The position numbers were made by a program, and so were the translations under genes. Below are positions 13,626-24,050 of a stretch of 64,000 bases of DNA, piece by piece. Under the pieces are notes generated by a model. The model was given only the letters and a program-made list of their open reading frames with translations. It ran no database searches and was not told the DNA's origin. The stretch's first letter is position 1, and the number at the start of each line of letters is the position of its first letter. Origin of the DNA: Heptranchias perlo (Eukaryota); the NCBI RefSeq assembly GCF_035084215.1, contig NC_090340.1, forward strand, positions 15,314,001 through 15,378,000, written 5' to 3'.

Positions 13626-13829
13626 TGGAGACCTAACATCACTCTTGCTGAATATCGTATATTCAAACTAACTTTGAGCACCACCATGGGAGATCCATAT
13701 ATTAGCAAATTTCAGACGGTGAGTAAAAGATTCTACAGCTGTGTACCAAGATGGGTTTCTCGGATTTGTAAATGGGAGCAGCGCTCAACTCGACTGGAAG
13801 AATTTGGAAACCTGTTTACAATCAACAGA

Positions 13830-15935
13830 ATTTCAGAATAAGTGCACTTATTCCCAACAAAACATGAACTGTCTCGCATCCTAGTTATATCCAGGTTTAT
13901 GTCTTAATCTTCAGCTCCTCAAATCCAAGAAGCGCATACTTGATCGCATCTTGCAAACAAGTGGCGTAACTATCTAATGCCAAATCTCGATGGACCAAGT
14001 GAAGCTTTGTTAACTGTCCAACTGTCCACTGCCACAACTGCCCACTGCCCTGGAATCGTCCTGGAGAGCAAAGGCAACCAATTGTTTCTTTCCTCCTCTA
14101 CCAACCGGCTGCTGAAACCCTACTTCTCTAACGACATGTTCTAAGAGCTCATGGATTTCTTTTTATCAAATAGAGACCATCCGCTCAGCTGACTCTACTG
14201 CTTCGCCGTTCCATTTCCTCACCAGGCCAAATCTCTCCTCCACGCCATACCGTATCACGAGTCATGTTACTCTGTAGCTTCTCTCCCTTCTTCCCTCATG
14301 CACTCTGAGCTAATCTGATCCACATGAGCTACTTCCTGCTCCATAGACCCTATTCACACCAATCTGCTGCCCACTTAACGTCCGGCCGTCATGGGCGCTA
14401 ACATTGTAAATGTCTCCCTCTCCTCAGAGACTGTCCCGCTTCGTTTGGAAACCGCTGTCAACAACCCGTCACAAAAAAATTCACCCTCGATCCCTCTCTC
14501 CTTGCGAGCTACCACCCCATCTCCAACCTCCCTTTCCTCACTTAATGCAGTGAACATGTTGTCACCTTTTAGATGCATGCCCATCTCCCCAGCAGTCCCC
14601 GTTTCCATCTCTCCATTCTGTTTTCCATTTCTCACACAATACGAAAACAGACCTAACCAAGGTCATGAATTACAATATATGTGATTGTGACCGTGGTGCA
14701 TATTCACATCTTTTCTTTCTCAACCCTCCATTGACTTTGATATGATCAACTAAACCACCATTCCCCAACGCTTCTGATCTGTTATCCAACCTGGTTAGAC
14801 TATGGCTCCACCCTTCCTCCAATCACAGCCATAGAATCTTTACCAACGGCTTATCTTCCCATCCCACACAGTCAAATTGTCAGTCCCCCAAACATATATC
14901 CTTGGCACTTTCCGCTTGCTCATGTTACCCCTTGACAATATTGTCCACAGCCATTGGACCCGTTTCCATTTGCACACAGTATTCATTTCTACCTCTCCAT
15001 CACTCCACCACCACCACTACCACCACTCCCCCACCTACACATTGACCCTTCTGCTGCTTCTGTGATGTGACACTGCTTGTCTGACTCCAATCTTGGATAA
15101 AATGTAATTTCCCCCAACTAGACATTGGAAAGACTGAAGCCACCGCATTGTCCCCGTAACAAAATCTATCCACTTACCAATCACTCCGCCCCCTTCCTAG
15201 ACATTGTCACAAGCTGTATGAGATTGTTTGCAATCTTGTCTGAATAAACCCTGAGATGAGCTTCTGACCCTATATACTCTCCATTATAACGACCACATGC
15301 GTCCCCCTCCGTGACATTGCCCAACTCTGCCCCGACCTCAGTGCATCTGCTGATCAAACCCTCGTCCATGCCTTTGTCACCTTCAGACTTGACTATTCCA
15401 ATGCTCTCTTGGTCAGCCTCCCATCTCCACCTTCCGGAAACGTCAGATCATCCAACCTCTGCTGTCCATTTCCTATTCCACACCAAGTCCACTCACCCAT
15501 CACAGCTGAACGTGCTGAGCTAAGTAAGCTTATATTCCCACAATGCTTCAAAATTAAAATTCTCATCCTTGTCTTGAATCCCTCCATGGCTTCACCTTTC
15601 GCTCAATGCTAGAACCTCCTCCCCAAGCTTTCCATTCCACTGACTCCGTCCTCCTGGATATCTGCTTTCCCTTCAAGTTACCATTGGCGGCCGCGCCTAT
15701 CAGCCATCCAGGACCCGTGCACTGGAATCCCCTCCTTAATCGTCTCCATCTCTCCAGCTGTCACTTCTCCTTCACAAACCTCCTTCAAAGCTGCCTCTTT
15801 CAGAAAGCTTTAGGTGCTAATATCTCCTTTATTGTCTCTAACTCCTATTGTACTTACCGCTCTGTGAACCACCTTGGAACGTATTTCCACGTTAAAGGCA
15901 CAATGGAAGTGCAAATTTTTGCTTTTATTGTTGCT
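13830..15935 (+). mobile_element. Old L2-type LINE fragment
   Basis: Degenerate RT remnants (ANIVNVSLSSETVP, SVPQ-ILG, SRLDYSNALLVSLP) and the same 3' end as 6455-7050. Confidence 0.75.
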
Positions 15936-17339
15936 GGGTTATGTGGTTGAGGCGGCGGGGTGGGGGGGGGGCTGTTCTCTATTGTTGCAGTTGCTATTGT
16001 CCATATCTGAGAAAATCCATCAGGAACTTTATCGGAGATTGGTTATCTGAACCAATCAGAGAAGCATGACGTGTTAATTTGTGGAGTGTTGCTCTAATGC
16101 GAAGCTTTATCTATATTGTTCAAGTGTGGTCCGCGTGGATAGGGGCAATACATGAGACTTTTAATTCCATAGATTTTTTAAAGTTCTGCTCTAGATCTTC
16201 TCTGAAGCGGATACTCTTCAAACGGTGATACAGCCTGCAATGGGCAGGAACTTGAATAGGAAGAATGTTACCTTTCATTTTTCTTAACTCGTTCTTCCGT
16301 ATTGAGTATTTTACTTGCAACTCATTAGGCGGCCAATTTATGCTTAGCTAAATAACATTACCACTATAAAGCCAATTTGCACCACTTTAACGTGACAACC
16401 ATTAATGCGCTATATTCATTTTGGACAGAACCCGCGCGCTGATAACACAACAATAAATTTGGAGGTAAAGCCAGACTTCAAGGACACATCTGCAGCTGTA
16501 TAATGGGATCCTACGCTGTGTGTTTTTTGAACGTCGGAAAGTTAGAGAAATATAAAATGAACAATTGATAACAAAGAGGCTCACGGTTTGCAACGTCAAC
16601 GAGCTGCCCACAGAACGACGTTATAACAGCTCAGTACGTCACAGTGAACGGTTTCCGACACCAGCATCCACGCCCAATCATATGGCAAGGCACACGATCA
16701 CGTGATCACTGATCTTTCAGCTTTCATATTACTCATTTCGGTTTCGTGTCAAATCTACTGGGTATAAAACATTACAAAGCACAACATCAGTATAAAACCA
16801 CCTGGGGTGTGCAAGAAAGCCTACAAACTGCCGTATTAATCAGTCCTTTTCTCAACAACGTTTTTCAGAAAATATTGCTGCTTATTATTCAAAAGCTGAT
16901 TATGAACAATCTATGACGGACCCCACTTTGTAATGATTTCGCATTAGGTCACGTTAAAGTAGTGAGCAGAGGATGGCCAATGTGCGCATCAAGGTCTTGC
17001 GTAATTCACCGGAGAAGATCGCACTCGCACCTACATTCCGGCATTTGAAAGCATCAGGAAACGACACTGACTGCACGAGTTTTATTAAATTCTGCATTCG
17101 GAAAGCACAAATATTTTTCCTTACTCTTTTCTGTCCGTGAAACATGTGATTCCAACAGTCGAATAATGCAGAAGTTAGTGTATCGCACTGAACAAACGAA
17201 ACATCTGTTCTAAAGCCGCAGTTACAGGATGTCATACGACAGAGCGACGCATCTTATGAAAATCAAACCGCAAACCATTCTTAACAGCGGTAAACTCGTA
17301 ATTATTGCAGTGAGTCATCAGTTTAAACTGTTGCTCAGA

Positions 17340-17394
17340 ATGTCGACGAGTATGATGTTTCTGTGCTTGACGCTCCAGGGGATTTTTTACACAG
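17340..17394 (+). CDS. IgSF receptor copy 1, exon 1 (signal peptide MSTSMMFLCLTLQGIFYT)
   Basis: ATG at 17340, 55 nt, phase-1 donor ACAG|GTACCT; same length and donor as the copy 3 leader. Confidence 0.85.
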
Positions 17395-17563
17395 GTACCT
17401 CTTTATTCACAAGAACAGCTAATTTAATTACTAAACTGATTCCGAAGTAGTTTCCACATGAATGAAATGAACGTAATTCCTCTATCTAGATTCAATTTTC
17501 TCTTTTCCATCTCCATGTTGTATCTAATACAATTAACCCGGACTTGACTATATTTTCTGACAG

Positions 17564-17884
17564 CTGCGGACCACACTTCGTTCAGAGTGACTCAAGCGCC
17601 CGAACAGGCGACTGTATCCAGAGGGGGAAACATCACCTTCCACTGCATATTCCCCATCTCTCAAACCCATTCCTGGGCAAGAGTATATTGGTGGAAACAG
17701 GGTGAGAATAAATACCTGCACAGAAGCGCCGATAAGAGAAAACGATTTGGTCTGGAAGGTAAAGGGAGCGGTTTCTTTCAGTTGCTGAGCGCGACTTTCC
17801 AAGACTCTGGAGTCTATCACTGCGCAGTGATCCGAGAGGGAACAGTTGGAGGAAATGGAACCGGATCATATCTCATTGTGCATG
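17564..17884 (+). CDS. IgSF receptor copy 1, exon 2 (VJ-type V domain)
   Basis: Acceptor TTTTCTGACAG, donor G|GTAAGT, 321 nt phase 1/1; ITFHC, VYWWKQ, DSGVYHC, J-like GNGTGSYLIV. Confidence 0.93.
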
Positions 17885-18937
17885 GTAAGTGTGAAACACC
17901 GGAGAGCGGGACTGTTGTAAACATATCAAACATAACAAAAGGGAATGTTTTGTGATTGTTTTGTTGTACAGTTTTTGACAGTATAAACATTTCTGTGAAC
18001 ACATTTCGCGAGAAAGTTAAGTTGCATTTTCGTGTTCTCGATATAGAGCTTTCAATTAGAGAGTATAATATAACGCTCCACACCCAGGGTACTGCAAAAT
18101 GTATCAATATTAAGCAATTGGACTGTAACTCCAAATAAATTTATACACCAGATGCCTGATAGCGGAAGTTCGGATAAATTCCAAGCTGAGTGAAAATTGT
18201 TTATATTAATGCGCTTCCCCCACCATATACACGGCTCTTCGCCCATTTGGATGCTCTGTCTGCGCCGATGGCAGTCTCTGAGGTTTAACATTCTTGAAAT
18301 TAATTCTCACACGATGATTGGCTCGTTAGCGTCACGGATTTGAAAGCCAGCGTGCAACTGTTGATCAACGGATTCACTCAACAAATTGGAGCTTGGAATT
18401 CACAACTTTGTCGCCTCACTAACCCCCAATAAATAAAATAATACGCAGGAACTGTGTTGCTGAAACCTCCTGAGGTTCAACCGAATATAGTTTATTTCAC
18501 CAATTGTCATGCTTCGGCTGTGAGATCTGTCCGATACCGACTAATGCCCTCCTTTTATCATCGGCAATGTGTAGATTACTCGATTACTCGTCACCCTGTA
18601 ACTGAGTAAAAAAAAACAATGGCGAGACAAGGCGCGCCAACTTTCCCCCAGGGTTTATTTGCTTAATTATTTGGACTGTGAAACGCGACATTGATTACCG
18701 ATTGTTGCGACGTGTCTGCTGCATTATCGAGTCCAAAATTCAACGTTTTGGACTCGATAGCGCGTGTAAAATTGAACAGATGTCGGTGACGATGAATGAT
18801 ATGGTTGAGGTGTGTGTAGATGATGTGCCGAAAATTAAAAGGACAGGAGGCTGTGCTGTGGAAGGTAAATAAAAATCATATTTAATTTCTGCCAGTGGTG
18901 CCCAGTAACTCGATTTTGTTCATTGTCTGTTCCGCAG

Positions 18938-19243
18938 CTGCCCCAACTGCACTGAAGATTGCCTCGAGGACAGCTAAAGGGAATTCATCTGCGCCTCTGA
19001 CTCTTGTGTGTGAAACGGCTGAGTTTTATCCGGAGAATTTCACCCTCACTTGGTATAAAAATGCGGTCGAAACTACAACAGGAATACACACCATTAAACG
19101 GCAGAACACTGAGGGGCTGTATGAAGTTTCCAGCAGTTTGGAAGAGACGCAGCCTGTCCCGAGCGGCACGAATTATACCTGTTTGGTATCTCATGTCTCC
19201 CTTGAGACTCCAGCTGTTATCACCTATACTAAATTTAACCCAG
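18938..19243 (+). CDS. IgSF receptor copy 1, exon 3 (C1-set domain)
   Basis: 306 nt phase 1/1; LVCETAEFYP, LTWYKNA, GLYEVSSSL, YTCLVSH are C1-set motifs. Confidence 0.93.
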
Positions 19244-19384
19244 GTACGAGGCCAATGGTCCAGCTACTCTTAAATTCGCAAAGAGCTATATCGTAGAATT
19301 TGTACATATTAATATGGTTCACAGAAAACTCATGGGAGATATTATCGGAACCACCCGCCATAATGTACAACATTATTCTTGCAG

Positions 19385-19503
19385 ATCCTGTCGGTATGTC
19401 CCCTTACTACTCGGGTTTTAGATATGCGCTGGGTGGTTTGGCGTTTCTAGTGCTCCTGGTCATCATCGGGACGCATTGCCAATTGCAGGTAAAAAAAAGG
19501 TAA
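19385..19503 (+). CDS. IgSF receptor copy 1, exon 4 (stalk, TM with Arg, short tail)
   Basis: Acceptor TTCTTGCAG; DPVGMSPYYSGFRYALGGLAFLVLLVIIGTHCQLQVKKR*; donors at 19488 and 19499, in-frame TAA 19501-19503. Confidence 0.88.
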
Positions 19504-19987
19504 GATCTACTGTAAGCGTTTGATTTTTATACAAAACTTCAGGGAGCGGTGGAGAGGGAAAGTGAGAGCCTCCGAATAACACAAAGGAGAACTCGATTAT
19601 GACTTAAACTTGAAGGCAGTGTTATCTGATTTCAGGGAACGCCGGTTGTTCCAGACAGTAATAGATTCTGCACTTTAAAACGCAGAAATCCTCAAAAATC
19701 AGATTAAAAATAGACGTGATTACCTGTGTATTTGCAACAAAAGTTTCCACTTTGCAGCGTGATAAATGAAATGTACCGTGACACACGATCACTTTCCAAA
19801 CCAGTGGGCTGTGGGTCCGCAATTCGTTTGAGCGAAGCGGTGTGAGGCTCCGGCTGGTAAATCACTGCTGATCTCTACAGGGGCTCGGATTCAAACATTG
19901 TCCGTAAGAATATCTTTGAAACCATTGATATGGAAACTCGGTAAATATTTCAATCATTCATTATGATTACATTTCATTAATTCACAG

Positions 19988-20016
19988 GTGAAAAAGATGT
20001 AACGGGATCAAAGCCG
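19988..20016 (+). pseudogene. Copy 1 former cytoplasmic mini-exon, now out of frame
   Basis: TTCACAG|GT...CCG|GTATGT; flanks align with the copy 2 exon 42206-42249; open only in phase 1 (GEKDVTGSKP), which neither exon 4 donor supplies. Confidence 0.7.
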
Positions 20017-20204
20017 GTATGTTCACTCATTCATTCCCACAAAGAGTTCAATTATGCAGAAAGATTGATATCATGGAGACATTTTATCATAATCATGTCA
20101 GAACAGTTTGCCTATTTCCTAGAAGTATTTGTTCCGCTTAATGGGTCATTCAAATCGTGTTCAGTAAAATATTTGACGCTGGCAGGGAAGGAGTTCACCC
20201 TCAA

Positions 20205-20308
20205 GGGCGAAATTGGCTTTCAGAAAAGTAAAGCCAGCGAGGTATAAAACGGGCGGTCGATTCCCTATCGCTCGTTTCCCGCTACCGCGGAAGACCAATT
20301 TCAACCCC
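20205..20308. mobile_element. Short MITE in a copy 1 intron
   Basis: TIR GGGCGAAATTGGCTTT ... AAGACCAATTTCAACCC; absent from the paralogous intron near 42370-42390. Confidence 0.6.
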
Positions 20309-20688
20309 GTCCTCGTTGCGTTGCTGCTTTAAATTGTCAAATAGCAGAAAAGAAAACTGTCTGTTTCATTGAAAATGCACCTAAGTAATAACTGTTTATA
20401 GATTCAACATTATTTTTAATTGGGGAAAAAATAAATGAATTTGTATTCTGGAACTACCGCCCATTGAAACATTTCTGTATTGTAGAATGAAGATTGTCAG
20501 CTTTAAATAGTTGTTATAGTGACCACAGTATTCACCGGTCTTAACATTTGCACTTATGTAACTGTATTAATTATGGTTTCTGTACTTCATCTCTAGCCTA
20601 AGTTGTTCTGTCTAATGGTTAGCCAGTATTCTGTAAACTGGTGAACTAGCCACATTACAAAACATATACTTGTTTCTGGCCCATGCAG

Positions 20689-21092
20689 GAGGCAAAGGCT
20701 GATATCGTTGATACGCTGCAGCAAGTTTGACCAGAACCAAAGAAACTCCAAGACGTAAGCTTGCAGAGAAAAGGACTGTGTATAATCAGTCGGGGCGGGA
20801 AGCGGATCAGACAGATACAGATCATCAGTGTAGCACCAAAATTCATGCGATAACGGAGAATATTAGGCTGGCTGACTCTGGTGGTTTATTGTATCTAAAG
20901 CTGTTCGTGTGTTATTCTGATGATTGTTTTCGGCAGCAGTCGTCAAATTGGCAAAACGACCAATTAACAAAATTTCCAAACATGGGTTTACAGACCAAAC
21001 AAGGCACCTTCGCGACTCTAGAATTGTCAGTCCAAAAAACGGGGAAATCCAAAAAAAAACAGAGAAACACGTTCCAGTATTATATCATTTAA
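20689..21092 (+). pseudogene. Copy 1 decayed cytoplasmic ITIM exons A (20689-20789) and B (20994-21092), probably now 3' UTR
   Basis: Align with copy 2 exons 42773-42874 and 46416-46588; 1-nt deletion, lost donor, motifs changed to YAAA, YNQ(S/T), TFATL. Confidence 0.78.
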
Positions 21093-21152
21093 TGTGGGTG
21101 CAATTGTTTGTTTCTGCTTAAATATTTGAGGAATTTTAATTTATTTACTTGT

Positions 21153-21158
21153 AATAAA
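21153..21158 (+). terminator. Probable polyadenylation signal of copy 1
   Basis: AATAAA in TACTTGTAATAAAAA, the same context as in copy 2 at 46880-46885. Confidence 0.55.
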
Positions 21159-21610
21159 AATGCACTTACGTTACACATTTTTTGAACATTCTGCAGTTTT
21201 TAATAGATGACAAATCTCTGCAACGCTACACTAATTGTTTTGCTGTACCCAGTTATTATCGTGCATAATTTCAATAAAAAGATGTTCTGCGATTTCTCTC
21301 TTTTCACCATTAGTGATACTTTTTCTTCGCGAGTAACACCCCAGAACTTGGGTTTTGATTTATGTGTTGCCTTACTGCATTCAGGAATCCAGTCCAGGCG
21401 ATTCTCCTGATGTGGAAGGCAGGACGCTCCAGTCTATGGACTGGTCCATAAACCCACTGAACCCAGTTTGCAGTTGATGGAGCATGAGTATGCCTTTCTC
21501 TAAACTCTGTATGAATATTCATTCCTATCCGAAACGATGCTCCCAGACAATTCCAAGTGGCTTCCAAAGGAAAGGCCCCGATTATTCTCATTAAGATCTA
21601 TCTTCAAGAG

Positions 21611-22389
21611 TAAAGAATCTTACAACACCAGGTTATAGTCCAACAAATTTATTTGAAAATCACAAGCTTTCGGAGGCTTTCTCCTTCGTCAGGTGAATGT
21701 GGAAATGAAATCATTGAACGTTTCGCATTTATATTCAGAGAACAATACCTGGTGATTACAGATAATCTTTCCAACTGCCCGTTGTCAAGGCAATCAAAGG
21801 GTTCAGACAGAGAGGTGTTACGTACAGGACCACCGAATTTACAAACGGCCAGAACACAAAACAGAGAGAGAGAGGGAGAAACATTCTAAAGGAACAGAAA
21901 GACAGAAAATGACCCGTTGTATTAAAAACAGATAACTTTTATTCGCTGGTGGGTTTACGTGTAGCGTGACATGAACCCAAGATCCCAGTTGAGGCCGTCC
22001 TCATGGGTGCGGAACTTGGCTATCAATTTCTGCTCGACGATTTTGTGTTGTCGTGTGTCTCGAAGGCTGCCTTGGAGAACGCTTACCCGAAGATCGATGG
22101 CTGAATGTCCTTGACTGCTGAAGTGTTCCCCGACTGGGAGGGAACCCTCCTGTCTGGCGGTTGTTGTGCGGTGTCCGTTCATCCGTTGTCGCAGTGTCTG
22201 CATGGTCTCGCCAATGTACCATGCTCCGGGGCATCTGTTCCTGCAACGTATGAGGACACGTTCACCTGACGAAGGAGAAAGCCTCCGAAAGCTTGTGATT
22301 TTCTAAAAAATATTTGTTGGACTATAACCTGGTGTTGTAAGATTCTTTACATTTGCCAACCCCAGTCCATCATCGGCATCTCCACATCA
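21611..22389 (-). mobile_element. Penelope-like element, truncated, with inverted terminal repeat and 12-bp TSD
   Basis: Minus ORF 21955-22203 is a GIY-YIG C-terminus (ETMQTLRQRMNGH...EQKLIAKFRT..GLN); about 90-bp inverted repeat 21611-21700 / 22256-22349; TSD TATCTTCAAGAG at 21599-21610 and 22390-22401; empty site in copy 2 near 47340. Confidence 0.9.
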
Positions 22390-22879
22390 TATCTTCAAGA
22401 GGACAGAGATTCGAGAGGGTTCTGAGACAAGCAAACAAGAATGAATCCGGGACATGGCAGTTAAGTTGTGAGAAAAGCCCCACCGAGCTGAATGCATTTT
22501 ATTGAAGAAAATACCAAATTAAAAGGGATTCAGGTCTTTGAAATGTAGAAAGACGTGGATAAGATAGATATAAGCAGGTTGCATGGTTTAACGCGCAACC
22601 AGAAGCTCGGAATTAAAAAGCACTAAGGAGGTCCCGTGGCTCCCTGGTCAGCTGAGGGAAAGTTGTAGTTTGAATGTTTAAACTGTCAGCTATTTAGGAA
22701 GTAGATCACTTCAATTACAGGGTGAAGACTAGATGGTTACTGGAAGAACAGCAGCCCAGCACTTCCAGAGACTAAGCCTTTAACTCAGAATTTAAAGATA
22801 ATACAAGACAAAATGAATGAGTTACATTGTATTTAGCCTAACTCTCCTGGTTTGATGACAGTGTCCATCATCACATGTT

Positions 22880-24050
22880 TTAGAGTCCTAGAATGCTGCT
22901 CCGCAGAAGCAGCTCATTTGGCTCTTAAAGTCTGTAACTCTTTTCTCTTCACTTATTTTGAACCACTTAATTTGTACAATATCCCTTTTAGATTCCAACA
23001 ATCATTAATATTCCTATTTTCAAGCAACTAATTCCATTCTAAAAGAAGTTCTGGGCTGGGTTTGTGGCAGAGAACGCCATATTTCATTCTAACCAGCCTC
23101 TGTGTAGAGAGTATTTTACCTCTGCCTTTATTTTGTGAGATTATGTTCAATTTGTGGTCAGTCGTTACGTTCTACTGATCAACGAAAACAATCTATTAAT
23201 ATTCCCTTATCATAACGCCTCATAGACTGAAAACATCTATCAGGTCACTGCTTAAACTTTTGAGCTCAAGTGAAAGATGTCCAAGATTCTCAAATAATAA
23301 GAATCCCACATTCCTGGTAATTAAGCCAGCCTCTTTTCAATTGTTTTTATTTGTTTCCATAGTTTTAGAAAAACTCTTTCATCAGTTGCCACCAAATACT
23401 AAGCCAGGACATTCCCTTTGCATTTTTGTCGTATAATAAACTTCTGCTGGCATCATTCGTTAAGGTCCCTCTGCTGCTCTCCATTTAAAATCCTACAATT
23501 TAAAATACATTTCCCATTCTTACCTCCAGAAATGTACTATTTCACATTCCTCTCCATTCGCCATGGACCATCTATCTGCCCTTCTAACTAACTATTGAAG
23601 TCGCCTGCAGGATTTTACAATCTGCTTCGGAATGTCCTCCCTGCATCCCCATTGTTTGTCATCAGCAGATTTTAATGTTTCTCCCTACATTCCCCAGTCA
23701 AGATAATTAATCTTTATAATAAATAAAAGCAGCCCAACACAGACCCCGGGGAACACCTCTCGGCACATCATTCCACTCCGAGAACCGTCATTTTGCCCTT
23801 ACACTTTGTTTTCTGTCCTCCAATCATCTCTCTATTCCTGCGGCCACGTTGTCCTTACTTCCACGTGCCTTTGTCATATGTGGTATCTAATCAAATACAT
23901 TTTGAAAACCGGTACAATCTACATCTGCGACATTCACTTTCTCTATTATCTCTGTTATTTCCTCAATTCATTGTATAAATCAAACGTGATCTGCTTTTTC
24001 GGAATCCCTTTTGGCTGGACTTAATCAGCTCAAGTTTCTACAAGAACCGA
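22880..24050 (-). mobile_element. Old degraded CR1 fragments
   Basis: Reverse complement shows GVPRGSVLG, FADDKQ-like and RLSSDLIDVF-like remnants. Confidence 0.6.

Noticed and set aside
17340-19503. Calling the genes TCR, Ig light chain, SIRPA or NCR3
   Set aside because: No RSS, no FGxG motif, no TCR connecting-peptide Cys or conserved antigen-receptor TM motif; domain count differs from SIRPA and NKp30. No symbol assigned.
20727-21092. 121-aa ORF as a long cytoplasmic tail of copy 1
   Set aside because: The frame is closed by TGA codons near the start of exon A and cannot be reached from the upstream exons.
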